Made by a program: the position numbers and the translations under genes. Of a stretch of DNA of 64,000 nucleotides, positions 1-9,628 are shown piece by piece. The stretch's first letter is position 1. Every line of letters starts with the position of its first letter. The notes under the pieces were generated by a model. The model did no database searches, had not been told where the DNA came from, and worked only from the letters and a program-made list of their open reading frames with translations. The DNA is from a virus: IMG/VR virus record IMGVR_UViG_3300025840_003125; one strand, written 5' to 3'.

Positions 1-1
1 A

Positions 2-127
2 AATAATAACTCAGCTGCAGTTTCAAAAGTTGACACAAAGGCTGAAGTAAACTCAAAAGAAATAGAACTATTAAAATTACAAATTAGAGAATTACAACTT
101 AAAGCTAAAAACCCATTAAGTAATTAA
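2..127 (+). CDS. partial CDS (3' end), coiled-coil-like hypothetical protein
   Basis: Open frame from window edge (NNNSAAVSKVDTKAEVNSKEIELLKLQIRELQLKAKNPLSN*), stop 125-127 just before next ATG. Confidence 0.6.
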   Translation, partial: NNNSAAVSKVDTKAEVNSKEIELLKLQIRELQLKAKNPLSN

Positions 128-128
128 T

Positions 129-578
129 ATGACAGATTTAAACAAGTTAGCAACCGATTTACAAGTACTTAAAAATGAAGTAGAGCAGGTTGCTAGCGTC
201 AATACAAAACTTGATAATGCTATAGATAAACTAACAGACATATCTGGTAGTATCAAATCTATGTTAGCAGTACACGAAGAAAAACTATCAAAACAAGAAG
301 AAATTGATAAAGCAATATTCAACCTGATAGAGAATCGTAGGGTTGAGTTTGATACGAATTACAAAGAGTTACACGCTAGAATCAACAAGATTCATAAGGA
401 ATTGACAGATGAAATAGAGATGTCAGAAAAGCGTTTAATGTGTGAAATTAAGACTTTAAACTCAAATTTAGACGGTAGGATCGGCGTATTTGAGAAATAC
501 AGATGGATCATCATAGGGGCAGCAATCGTACTAGGGCTGTCTATGCCTCAGATATTAAGTGTTATAAAAGCCATATAG
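129..578 (+). CDS. coiled-coil protein with C-terminal transmembrane helix
   Basis: Heptad-rich body; C-terminal WIIIGAAIVLGLSM hydrophobic stretch. Confidence 0.7.
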   Translation: MTDLNKLATDLQVLKNEVEQVASVNTKLDNAIDKLTDISGSIKSMLAVHEEKLSKQEEIDKAIFNLIENRRVEFDTNYKELHARINKIHKELTDEIEMSEKRLMCEIKTLNSNLDGRIGVFEKYRWIIIGAAIVLGLSMPQILSVIKAI

Positions 579-582
579 TGGC

Positions 583-611
583 TTGACAAACACGTATATA
601 TAGTATATACT
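583..611 (+). promoter_or_regulatory. sigma70-type early promoter for primase (likely leaderless mRNA)
   Basis: TTGACA(583-588)-N17-TATACT(606-611); ATG at 619. Confidence 0.8.
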
Positions 612-618
612 GTTTTAT

Positions 619-1632
619 ATGAGTGGTTACATTGATCTAAATTATATCAGCAAGATACAGCCTAGACTACAACAATTTAAAAAGAAAAGAGATTATCTAT
701 TCAATTTTCGTTGTCCTGTCTGTGGTGATTCTAAAAAGTCTAAAACAAAAGCAAGAGCATATCTTTATAGAGTAAAGAATGATATGTTTTTCAAATGCCA
801 TAATTGTAGTGCTTCACACAATTTGGCTAATCTTATAAAACTAGTTGATCGGCCATTGTACGACCAATACATTTTAGAAAGATATAAAGGCAGTAAACCT
901 GCTAGTGAAGAAAGTCTGTTTGAAAGATTTAAAACAGATACAAAAACAAAATTAAAATCTACACCCCTACAAGGTCTTATGGCCTTCAGTAAATTAAATG
1001 ATGAGCATCCTGCAAAGCAATATCTTCTCAACCGAAAGTTGCCTACGGAATATTTTGATAGATTATATTATTGCGACAAGTTCCAAGAGTATGTAAATAG
1101 CATACGCCCAGGGACGTTTGAGAGTCTAAATAAGAAGTACGAGCATCCTAGATTGATTATACCTTTCTATGATGTTGATAATGAAGTCTTTGCTTTGCAA
1201 GGACGTGCATTTGGTAAAGAACAACCGAAATATCTTACAATAAAACTACAGGAGAACAAACAAAAAATATTTGGCCTAGAACGAATTAATCTACATAGAA
1301 GATTACATATTGTTGAAGGTCCTTTAGATAGTTTGTTCCTTGATAATTGTCTAGCGGCTGGTGGCGCTGATCTACAACTACCTGTTGATAAAAAAGATGT
1401 TGTCTTTATATTTGACAACGAACCTCGTAATAAAGAAATAATAGATAGAATGTATAAAATGATAGATGACAATTATATGATAACAATATGGCCAGAAGGG
1501 CAGAAAGAAAAAGATATTAACGAGATGATCGTAAACGGCAAGACAAAAGAACAAGTACAAAAAATTATATCAGACAATACCTATTCAGGTTTGTCAGCAA
1601 TCACAAAATTAAATTCATACAAACGTTGTTAA
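619..1632 (+). CDS. gp61: T4-like DNA primase
   Basis: Zn finger CPVCGDS...CHNC; TOPRIM motifs IVEGPLDSLF, FDNEPRN, KDINEM. Confidence 0.95.
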   Translation: MSGYIDLNYISKIQPRLQQFKKKRDYLFNFRCPVCGDSKKSKTKARAYLYRVKNDMFFKCHNCSASHNLANLIKLVDRPLYDQYILERYKGSKPASEESLFERFKTDTKTKLKSTPLQGLMAFSKLNDEHPAKQYLLNRKLPTEYFDRLYYCDKFQEYVNSIRPGTFESLNKKYEHPRLIIPFYDVDNEVFALQGRAFGKEQPKYLTIKLQENKQKIFGLERINLHRRLHIVEGPLDSLFLDNCLAAGGADLQLPVDKKDVVFIFDNEPRNKEIIDRMYKMIDDNYMITIWPEGQKEKDINEMIVNGKTKEQVQKIISDNTYSGLSAITKLNSYKRC

Positions 1633-1642
1633 GGAGAGAAAA

Positions 1643-3955
1643 ATGGTAATGGGAAACGAGTCTATAAACGTCAAAAAAAGAAAAGATAGAGGAACAGAAC
1701 CTCTTAACATTGAAAAGATACATGAAATGGTTGAGTATGCTTGTGAAGATATAACAGGAGTTTCTTCATCACAAGTAGAAATGAAAAGTGGTTTACAATT
1801 TTATGATGGTATTACCACAGACGAAATACAACAGATTTTAGTTAAGTCGGCTGCAGACTTAATAGATTTAAATTATCCAAACTACACTTACGTTGCATCC
1901 CGATTATTACTTTACAGTTTAAGAAAACAAGTTATTGGTAAATTATGGGATCATCCACACCTATATGATCATGTTAAAAAAGTAGTTGAGATGGGACTAT
2001 ATGATAAAGAAATTTTAGAAAACTATCAAAGAAAAGATTTTGATAGAATGGAAAACTGGATCAACCATAATAGAGATTATGATTTTACTTATGCTGGATT
2101 AAGACAAGTGATAGACAAATATCTAGTACAAGATAGAAGTATTAATCAAGTGTATGAAACACCACAATTTATGTATATGCTTATTTCAGCAACGTTGTTT
2201 GCCAAATACCCAAAAGAAACGAGGATGAGTTATGTTAAAAAATATTATGACGCAATTTCGCAATTCAAAATCAATATTCCTACTCCCGTTATGGCTGGTG
2301 TACGAACTCCTTTACGTCAGTATGCGAGTTGTGTACTGGTTGATATTGATGATACCTTACCTAGTATTTTCTCTGGTGATATGGCGATTGGAAGATACAT
2401 CGCTCAAAGAGCTGGAATCGGAATCAATGCAGGAAGGATTCGTGGAATCAATGCAAGGATACGAGGAGGAGAGGTCCAACACACTGGTGTTATACCTTTT
2501 CTTAAAAAGTTTGAGGCAACGGTTAAGTGTTGCACTCAAAATGGAGTCCGAGGAGGATCAGCAACAGTCCACTTCCCAATCTGGCACCAAGAAATAGGTG
2601 ACATTATTGTTCTTAAAAACAATAAAGGTAGTGAAGATAATCGAGTCAGAAAACTTGACTACTCAATACAGTTATCAAAACTGTTTTATGAAAGATTTAT
2701 AAACAACCAAGATATAACTTTATTTTCACCACACGAAGTACCTGAACTGTATGAGGCATGGGGTACACCAGAGTTTGATGAACTTTATGAAAAGGCAGAA
2801 AGAAAAATTAGCGTTAAGAAAAAGAAGATAAATGCACAAGAATTATTTTTTGACATATTGAAAGAACGTGCTGAAACAGGCCGTATCTATATTATGAATA
2901 TTGACCATTGTAATACTCACTCATCTTTTAAAGATAGAGTTTACATGTCCAATCTATGTCAGGAAATAACTTTACCAACCACTCCAATACAACACATTGA
3001 TGGTGAAGGTGAGATTGCTTTATGTATCTTATCTGCCATCAATGTGGGTAAAATAAACAAACGTGATGAACTAGAACCTTTATGTGATTTAGCAGTAAGA
3101 GCATTAGATGAAATAATAGATCATCAAAAGTATCCTATTGACGCTGCTGAAAAATCTACAAAGGCACGTAGAAGTTTAGGTATTGGTTACATTGGTCTTG
3201 CTCATTACCTTGCAAAGAAAGGTTACAAATACGATCAGAAACTTGCATGGCGACAAGTTGATAAACTTACCGAAGCATTTCAATATTTTCTATTAAAGGC
3301 AAGTAATCAACTTGCAAAAGAAAAAGGCCAATGTTCAGCATTTAAACAAACAAAATATGCAGATGGTATACTACCTATTGACACTTATAAAAAAGACGTA
3401 GATGAATTAGTAAAAAGAGATTACACTTACGATTGGGAACATTTAAGAAAAGAAATTAAAGAACATGGTTTAAGACATAGTACATTGTCAGCACAAATGC
3501 CTAGTGAATCTTCTAGTGTAGTTTCAAATGCGACAAACGGTATTGAACCACCTAGAGATTATTTGTCTGTTAAAAAGTCTAAAAAAGGCCCATTAAAACA
3601 GATAGTACCAGAGTATAATAAATTAAAAAACTTCTATACACTACTTTGGGACATGAAGGGGAACGAAGGATATATAAATATCGTTGCAGTAATGCAAAAA
3701 TATTTTGATCAGGCAATAAGTGGTAACTGGTCATATAATCCTGAAAATTATACTGATGGTCAAGTACCAGTATCAGTAATGGCACAAGATTTATTAACAA
3801 CATATAAGTTAGGTTGGAAGACTTCTTATTATCAAAACACATATGATAGTAAAAAAGACGAAGACGAACCCACCCATACAATTGGGTTCCACGATAATGT
3901 GCCTGAAGATAAACCAAAAGAGGAGGACGAGAATTGCGACTCGTGTACAATTTAA
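1643..3955 (+). CDS. nrdA: class Ia ribonucleotide reductase alpha subunit
   Basis: N-terminal ATP cone, PTPVMAG, ASCVL, SNLCQEI, C-terminal CDSCTI. Confidence 0.97.
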   Translation: MVMGNESINVKKRKDRGTEPLNIEKIHEMVEYACEDITGVSSSQVEMKSGLQFYDGITTDEIQQILVKSAADLIDLNYPNYTYVASRLLLYSLRKQVIGKLWDHPHLYDHVKKVVEMGLYDKEILENYQRKDFDRMENWINHNRDYDFTYAGLRQVIDKYLVQDRSINQVYETPQFMYMLISATLFAKYPKETRMSYVKKYYDAISQFKINIPTPVMAGVRTPLRQYASCVLVDIDDTLPSIFSGDMAIGRYIAQRAGIGINAGRIRGINARIRGGEVQHTGVIPFLKKFEATVKCCTQNGVRGGSATVHFPIWHQEIGDIIVLKNNKGSEDNRVRKLDYSIQLSKLFYERFINNQDITLFSPHEVPELYEAWGTPEFDELYEKAERKISVKKKKINAQELFFDILKERAETGRIYIMNIDHCNTHSSFKDRVYMSNLCQEITLPTTPIQHIDGEGEIALCILSAINVGKINKRDELEPLCDLAVRALDEIIDHQKYPIDAAEKSTKARRSLGIGYIGLAHYLAKKGYKYDQKLAWRQVDKLTEAFQYFLLKASNQLAKEKGQCSAFKQTKYADGILPIDTYKKDVDELVKRDYTYDWEHLRKEIKEHGLRHSTLSAQMPSESSSVVSNATNGIEPPRDYLSVKKSKKGPLKQIVPEYNKLKNFYTLLWDMKGNEGYINIVAVMQKYFDQAISGNWSYNPENYTDGQVPVSVMAQDLLTTYKLGWKTSYYQNTYDSKKDEDEPTHTIGFHDNVPEDKPKEEDENCDSCTI

Positions 3956-4653
3956 TGAACGAAGTAATAGACATTTTTAGTAAAAGAAAACATCCATCAG
4001 TTTATGACGATAAGATTATACCTACTGAAACTGAAATAAGAGATATAGTCAGTAAGGCATATCCTTTAGTTACATCATTTAGAAAAATGTACGGATATAA
4101 AATACATGTTTTAGGTCCTAATAAAGAACGTAGTAATCATATATGGGAACTATGCGAAGGATTTAAACAATGGATTGATGATACCCACTATGGTGAAGAA
4201 GCTAGACAAACAAAGAGTATAGGTTTATCACATATACAAACAGCACCTTGGATATTAATTTATACACCAAGAGTTTCTCCTCCTAATGAATATCATGCTG
4301 GTGAAACCGATCATATAGATGGTAAAAGTGTATGGGATGGTCTTAATTGGGATTATATGAATAATCAGAATAGAGAATCTGGTGCAGTAGAAATAGGAAT
4401 GGTTGCTCAAATGATAATGGGTGGTGTATTAGATAAAGGTTATGACACTGGTTTTTGTGTTTGTTTACCAAGATCAGGCGATAAAGGGCTAGAAAAATGG
4501 AAAAATTATCCTTTTTTAGATTTTTATCCTACTGTGATACAAACAATAGGTAAAGCAAAAAAATATCAATATCAAAATAAAACACCAAAACAACTTAAAA
4601 AAGATACAAGGCCACCTATAGATGATATATTTAATTTTGTAGGAAGTAATTAA
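3955..4653 (+). CDS. nitroreductase-fold flavoprotein (paralog 1)
   Basis: Start probably ATG overlapping nrdA stop (TAATG); KRKH..YD..IP, TAPWILIY, VEIGM; clear paralog of 5761..6438. Confidence 0.65.
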   Translation: MNEVIDIFSKRKHPSVYDDKIIPTETEIRDIVSKAYPLVTSFRKMYGYKIHVLGPNKERSNHIWELCEGFKQWIDDTHYGEEARQTKSIGLSHIQTAPWILIYTPRVSPPNEYHAGETDHIDGKSVWDGLNWDYMNNQNRESGAVEIGMVAQMIMGGVLDKGYDTGFCVCLPRSGDKGLEKWKNYPFLDFYPTVIQTIGKAKKYQYQNKTPKQLKKDTRPPIDDIFNFVGSN

Positions 4654-4654
4654 T

Positions 4655-5761
4655 ATGAAAACAGTATTTAATAAGAAACAAAATTTAGACGCTACAAAAC
4701 AACCATTGTTTTTTGGTGAAGACCTTGCAGTACAAAGATATGATACGTTTAAGTATCCTGTATTTGATAGATTGGCTCAACAACAACTAGGTTTCTTTTG
4801 GCGACCTGAAGAAGTTTCTTTACAGAAAGATAGAAACGACTATGCTCAACTATCAGAATCACAAAAGTTTATCTTTACATCTAATCTAAAATATCAAACT
4901 ATGTTAGATAGTGTACAAGGTAGAGGTCCATGCCTTGCATTTTTACCTTTTGTAACTAATCCTGAATTAGAAGGTGCCATAGTTGCATGGGACTTTATGG
5001 AAACAATTCATAGTAGAAGTTATACATACATAATTAAAAACTTATATTCAGACCCTAGTGATATATTTGATACTATTATTGCAGATAAGAAGATTGAAGA
5101 AAGATCAAAAGCAGTTACAGAAGCATACGATAAACTAATTGCATTAGGCTACAAATGGCATACTGATCCTAAATCAGTTGATATGTACGAACTAAAGAAA
5201 GCATTATGGCTTGCGTTAGTAACTGTAAATGTACTAGAAGGTTTAAGATTTTACGTATCATTTGCTTGTTCGTTTGCATTTGGTGAATTAAAACTTATGG
5301 AGGGTAGTGCTAAGATATTATCTCTTATTGCTAGAGATGAAAGTCAACACCTTGCAATGAGTCAACAGATTATCAAAGCATATCTTACAAAAGAAAATGA
5401 TAAGGTTATGAATAAAGTTATTAAAGATACACAAAAAGAATGTTATAAAATATATGATGACGCAGTACAACAAGAGAAAGATTGGGCAACTTATCTATTT
5501 CAAAAAGGTTCTATGATAGGACTATCAGAAAAACTACTACATCAATATGTTGAATATATAGCAAATAGAAGAATGAGAGTTATTGGTTTAGAACAAAAGT
5601 ATGAACACTCATCATCACAGAATCCATTACCTTGGACACAACATTGGTTTAATAGTCACTCACTACAAAACGCACCACAAGAAACTGAAATAGAAAGTTA
5701 TGTTATTGGTGGTCTTAAACAAGACGTAACAAAAGATCAGTTTAAAAAATTTAAACTATAA
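4655..5761 (+). CDS. nrdB: class Ia ribonucleotide reductase beta subunit
   Basis: FFWRPEEV, LDSVQGR, ETIHSRSY (radical Tyr), LEGLRFYVSF, RDESQH, APQETEIESY. Confidence 0.97.
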   Translation: MKTVFNKKQNLDATKQPLFFGEDLAVQRYDTFKYPVFDRLAQQQLGFFWRPEEVSLQKDRNDYAQLSESQKFIFTSNLKYQTMLDSVQGRGPCLAFLPFVTNPELEGAIVAWDFMETIHSRSYTYIIKNLYSDPSDIFDTIIADKKIEERSKAVTEAYDKLIALGYKWHTDPKSVDMYELKKALWLALVTVNVLEGLRFYVSFACSFAFGELKLMEGSAKILSLIARDESQHLAMSQQIIKAYLTKENDKVMNKVIKDTQKECYKIYDDAVQQEKDWATYLFQKGSMIGLSEKLLHQYVEYIANRRMRVIGLEQKYEHSSSQNPLPWTQHWFNSHSLQNAPQETEIESYVIGGLKQDVTKDQFKKFKL

Positions 5762-6438
5762 TGAATCAACAACCGATCCTAAATTTATTAAATAGAAGAC
5801 AACACGTTATGGCCTACGATACAGAGGACATACCTGAAAAACAATTGATTGAAGATTTATTATGGAAGGCATGGAAAGTTACACCATCTAAAAACAATTT
5901 TATGCCATATAATTGTAATGTATTAGGTCCTGATAAGGTAACAGAAAAACACTCTATATGGATGAAAAGTGTAAAGAATAAAAAACATATAAATGAAAAA
6001 AACATTGAAGATCATAAAGAAGAAGGATACAATCCGTACTTTGAACATATAAGTACAGCACCTTATCTATTAGTATTTACACAAAGGGTATGTGATCCTA
6101 ATGAGTACTACAGAAAGAGAATAGAAAAAGGAGACTACTACGAGCAAATGCACGAAGACGAGGTAGACTCAATGATGAGAACTACAACCGTAGAAGTAGG
6201 AATGTGGATGGCTAATTTATCAGCCTTTGCATTAGAGAAAGGTCTAAATACATCTACAATAGCATGTTTTCCATATAAACCTTTGTCAGCATGGGCAGAT
6301 TTACCTTGGGTAAAACATCCTGTTGTATTGTTAGGTAGTATAGGTAAAGCAAAAGAATTTCGTAGAGAAAGTATGAGTGATGTTGAAAAGAAAGACGACA
6401 AGAAACCAGAACCTGAAACAATAATAAAGTGGATATGA
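5761..6438 (+). CDS. nitroreductase-fold flavoprotein (paralog 2)
   Basis: LLNRRQH..YD...IP...IEDLL..AW..TPSKNN..PY; TAPYLLVF; ALEKGLNTS; VLLGSIGK. Confidence 0.75.
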   Translation: MNQQPILNLLNRRQHVMAYDTEDIPEKQLIEDLLWKAWKVTPSKNNFMPYNCNVLGPDKVTEKHSIWMKSVKNKKHINEKNIEDHKEEGYNPYFEHISTAPYLLVFTQRVCDPNEYYRKRIEKGDYYEQMHEDEVDSMMRTTTVEVGMWMANLSAFALEKGLNTSTIACFPYKPLSAWADLPWVKHPVVLLGSIGKAKEFRRESMSDVEKKDDKKPEPETIIKWI

Positions 6439-6983
6439 TATTAAGACCTACAACAATTATAATGCTTATTGACTTTGAAGGACATCCTGTTTTAGGTGAT
6501 GAGTTTATAAACAATCAACGTTTTTCTACATTGAATGCTTTACTAAATCCTGTACGAGAGAAACCTCTTTTTATTATATCTAATCATCTTCCTCATAGAC
6601 ACAAACGAGTAGAGGAAGTTGCAAAGATGGTAAAAATAGAAAACAGACACATATGGAAAACTATTAATCCAGATGACAGCTCTGTTGAAAGTATTGTTGA
6701 AGAATTAAAACAAATGGATTACAGAATAGAAAATGTTATAATAGGTGGTACAAATATATCTGGTTGTGTGTTAAGAACTAAACCATATAGTGCCATGAGT
6801 TGGGCAAAGAAAGGATATGACGTACAAATATTATCAAACATGTGTGCTGATTATCAAATTACAGGTGTCAACTCATTAGAACAAAATCAAAACTCCGTAG
6901 CGATAGTGTGGCATGAGGTTGCACAAGCAGGGTTTTTTAATAAAGTAAGTTATATAAGGGAGCATGAATGTCAGATAACATAA
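6435..6983 (+). CDS. cysteine hydrolase (isochorismatase/nicotinamidase-fold) protein, paralog 1
   Basis: IIMLIDF (catalytic Asp position), VIIGGTNISGCV (catalytic Cys position), GYDVQILSNMC. Confidence 0.6.
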   Translation: MILRPTTIIMLIDFEGHPVLGDEFINNQRFSTLNALLNPVREKPLFIISNHLPHRHKRVEEVAKMVKIENRHIWKTINPDDSSVESIVEELKQMDYRIENVIIGGTNISGCVLRTKPYSAMSWAKKGYDVQILSNMCADYQITGVNSLEQNQNSVAIVWHEVAQAGFFNKVSYIREHECQIT

Positions 6984-7147
6984 ACAAGGTACAAATAAGT
7001 TGTCCTAATTGTGATGTTAGTTATTGGGTCAAGTGGAAAGACGAAGACAATGAGCCTACTACATGTCCATTTTGTGGCGCTGATACTTCAATAGATGATG
7101 ATGACGCAATCTTTGAGCATGATGAAGAAGAAGACGATTGGAATTGA
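6968..7147 (+). CDS. small zinc-ribbon protein with acidic tail (59 aa, not in ORF track)
   Basis: MSDNINKVQISCPNCDVSYWVKWKDEDNEPTTCPFCGADTSIDDDDAIFEHDEEEDDWN*; two CxxC; upstream AAGGGAG. Confidence 0.75.
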   Translation: MSDNINKVQISCPNCDVSYWVKWKDEDNEPTTCPFCGADTSIDDDDAIFEHDEEEDDWN

Positions 7148-7664
7148 TTATAGTTTAAGCAGTCCTGCTATATGTGTATGTAGAGGCGAGTTTAAATTAG
7201 ATAACTGTAAGATATACTATCTTACAAATGTGAAAAAATATGAAGGCAACTATTGTAATGGTAAAATAAATGGCAGATTACATCTACCCTATACCTCCGA
7301 GCAACAACGACACGACCAGATTTCCGAGTGGGCAATTTCTGTTATTGATACTGCTATTGGTAATATTTTTATAGAAGGATATTCATTTGGTAGTAAAGGA
7401 CTTGTATTCAACCTAGCAGAGAATATGGGTGCTCTCAAACATAAACTATATAAACTCAATAAACGATTTCAATCTATAGTACCAGGTCAGATAAAGAAGA
7501 ATGCTACTGGCAAGGGTAATGCAGATAAACTAAAGATGTATGAGCAGTTTACAAAAGATACTGGCGTTGATTTAGTCAAAGAATTTGAACAAACGAAACT
7601 CAATAATCCAGTAACCGACATAGTAGATTCATATTATATCGCAAAATATGGGTACGAATCATAG
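7095..7664 (+). CDS. RuvC-like (RNase H fold) endonuclease / Holliday junction resolvase
   Basis: IGIDYS, IFIEGYSF, KKNATGKGNADK, DIVDSYYIA; true start probably about 7119-7122. Confidence 0.75.
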   Translation: MMMTQSLSMMKKKTIGIDYSLSSPAICVCRGEFKLDNCKIYYLTNVKKYEGNYCNGKINGRLHLPYTSEQQRHDQISEWAISVIDTAIGNIFIEGYSFGSKGLVFNLAENMGALKHKLYKLNKRFQSIVPGQIKKNATGKGNADKLKMYEQFTKDTGVDLVKEFEQTKLNNPVTDIVDSYYIAKYGYES

Positions 7665-7666
7665 AT

Positions 7667-7681
7667 GTTCTCGTTTTGTTC
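7667..7681 (+). promoter_or_regulatory. alphaproteobacterial LexA (SOS)-type box
   Basis: GTTC-TCGTTTT-GTTC (GTTC-N7-GTTC), intergenic, 45 bp upstream of a -35. Confidence 0.6.
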
Positions 7682-7726
7682 TCATAATTATTCCTAAAAA
7701 GTCAATAAAATCAACGTTTTTAACGC

Positions 7727-7755
7727 TTGACAATTCCGTATTTTTCTGATATATT
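7727..7755 (+). promoter_or_regulatory. sigma70-type early promoter
   Basis: TAACGC-TTGACA-N17-TATATT with extended TG. Confidence 0.75.
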
Positions 7756-7765
7756 ATGTGTATAT

Positions 7766-8188
7766 ATGACAAAAGAATACTTTAAAAGTTTTAATATCGT
7801 TTACAAAAGAGAATATGTTGATCCAGAATCAGAATATGATACGTTCTGGTCTTCAGCTACTATCTACAGAAATGTACCTATAGATAAAATTAAATTCTAT
7901 AGAAAACAATTACTTAAATTCAAAGCCTATGCGAACAAGACGTATAGAGAAGACGCTACTAATTTCACAGGTGCTACTGGTATTGAGATAGTATATCCAG
8001 ATGAGTATTACCAAACATACGAAGATGTGTTCGGTCCTGAAACGGCTGCAGGTGATGACAACCTATTCAACGACTTCGGTCAGATGTATAATGGCAGACA
8101 AGGTTTTAGAAAAGATTTTGATCCTGACTTTACAAAGAATTACAAAACTAAAAAGAAAAACCCAAATTACATATACAACTTAAACTAA
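7766..8188 (+). CDS. hypothetical early protein
   Basis: ATG at 7766 downstream of promoter (the ORF-track TTG start lies in the -35). Confidence 0.7.
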   Translation: MTKEYFKSFNIVYKREYVDPESEYDTFWSSATIYRNVPIDKIKFYRKQLLKFKAYANKTYREDATNFTGATGIEIVYPDEYYQTYEDVFGPETAAGDDNLFNDFGQMYNGRQGFRKDFDPDFTKNYKTKKKNPNYIYNLN

Positions 8189-8198
8189 AGGAGACATT

Positions 8199-8501
8199 AT
8201 GCAAATAAAACTAGGCGACACGATAAGAGATGATAAAGGTAGAGAAGGTGTTATAACAAACATTGGTATTGCTACTGATCCTGCTGATATAGCTGCTGAA
8301 TTAGGAGTAAACGCAAAAGAATATGATACTGATTTAAATTATGTTGGTGCAATTACATTTGGTAGTAACTGGTGTTATTTTATGCAGATAGAAGAAGTTA
8401 TTAAAAAGAATGATTATGTTGAAGACACAGCATGGATGAAAGAAGATTCAGATGTTGATGTTGCAATTAATTTAGAAAACGAAAGTAAGTTGGGTAAATA
8501 A
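8199..8501 (+). CDS. hypothetical protein
   Basis: SD AAGGAG; coupled to next gene. Confidence 0.7.
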   Translation: MQIKLGDTIRDDKGREGVITNIGIATDPADIAAELGVNAKEYDTDLNYVGAITFGSNWCYFMQIEEVIKKNDYVEDTAWMKEDSDVDVAINLENESKLGK

Positions 8502-8905
8502 TGAACGGATATTTTGCTGTACAATTAGATAGACAAAGTTGTAACGTTGTAAAGAAACTTGCTACAAAAGACATACTTGTATCAGATCACGTTACACTTG
8601 CATTTAAACCTATTAAGAAAGTTTATAACAAATATTCTAAACTTGTAGGTAAAAAGGTGGGTGTGTTTATTAAAGGTTACAGAGCAAACAATCATATTGA
8701 CGCTTTATGGGTTGACAAAATGTGGGATAAAGAGTACAATAGAATCAAAAGACATGATAAAGGCGCTGCCCATATTACACTTTCACACAAGAAAGGTTAC
8801 AAATCAGGTGACGCTAACACTATGTTTACAAACCCTAAAGTAAAAGATAAAAAATACGGATACGTAGAAGGAACTATAAAGTATATTGATTATGACAAAA
8901 GATAA
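8501..8905 (+). CDS. 2H phosphoesterase family protein
   Basis: Two HxT motifs: SDHVTLAF and AAHITLSH followed by G..SGDAN. Confidence 0.6.
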   Translation: MNGYFAVQLDRQSCNVVKKLATKDILVSDHVTLAFKPIKKVYNKYSKLVGKKVGVFIKGYRANNHIDALWVDKMWDKEYNRIKRHDKGAAHITLSHKKGYKSGDANTMFTNPKVKDKKYGYVEGTIKYIDYDKR

Positions 8906-9158
8906 ATGGTTGAAGATTAATAGAGAGTCATTTACTAGAACTCTTAAAGGATTTGAAAGACCTGATTATACATTAGATATAAACGGTCTACCAAGAAATT
9001 CTATACCTACAAGTGATAGAATATCTGGAGCATGTACTAAAGAGTCAAAACCTAAAGTACAACTACCCGAAGGCAAAACAATCGGCATTGCCTACAACAA
9101 GGGTAACTACCAGATAGTTGACAAAGCCGATTTTAAAACAATGGGAAGGAAGACATAA
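8886..9158 (+). CDS. hypothetical phage protein
   Basis: ORF with IGIAYNKGNYQIV motif, coupled to neighbours. Confidence 0.7.
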   Translation: MIMTKDKWLKINRESFTRTLKGFERPDYTLDINGLPRNSIPTSDRISGACTKESKPKVQLPEGKTIGIAYNKGNYQIVDKADFKTMGRKT

Positions 9159-9385
9159 TGTGGAATATGAAAAAATCATTGTTATTCGCTACGTTATTAG
9201 TTGCAGTAATACTAGTATCAATGAATATAGCAAGTGCTAATCCAGTAACTAACTGGTTAACAAATGAGAAAAACAAAATTGTTGAGTATCAAACAAAGAG
9301 TTGGGCAGATAGTAAAGCTCAATTGACTAATACAAAAAAGTCAATTCTAAACATATTTAGGAAGAAAAATGCTACACAAGATTAG
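9158..9385 (+). CDS. small secreted/membrane protein
   Basis: Signal peptide MKKSLLFATLLVAVILVSMNIASA. Confidence 0.65.
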   Translation: MWNMKKSLLFATLLVAVILVSMNIASANPVTNWLTNEKNKIVEYQTKSWADSKAQLTNTKKSILNIFRKKNATQD

Positions 9386-9557
9386 TGATTTTTGTAAGAA
9401 GATTGATAGTATCAAAGCTCAGGCAGATAAGTTATACAACCTAAAGTATAATCAGATCAAAACGCCTGAGCGGGATGCTGAAGTGAATCACCTTATAGAT
9501 GACATACAATCCATGTGTAAAGTAGTGGGTAATGACAATAAACCCTATGATTTATAG
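9369..9557 (+). CDS. hypothetical protein
   Basis: ORF in operon with SD AGGAAG. Confidence 0.6.
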   Translation: MLHKISDFCKKIDSIKAQADKLYNLKYNQIKTPERDAEVNHLIDDIQSMCKVVGNDNKPYDL

Positions 9558-9569
9558 GGTTTTTAACGC

Positions 9570-9598
9570 TTGACAAATAGACTATTTTATGATAGAAT
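9570..9598 (+). promoter_or_regulatory. sigma70-type early promoter
   Basis: TTTTAACGC-TTGACA-N17-TAGAAT with extended TG. Confidence 0.8.
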
Positions 9599-9628
9599 TA
9601 ACGAATAAACTAACAAAAGGACTATATT

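Noticed and set aside
1643-5761. Group I intron, intein or homing endonuclease in nrdA/nrdB
   Set aside because: Both ORFs are continuous and of normal length; the intervening gene is nitroreductase-like with no HNH, GIY-YIG or LAGLIDADG motif
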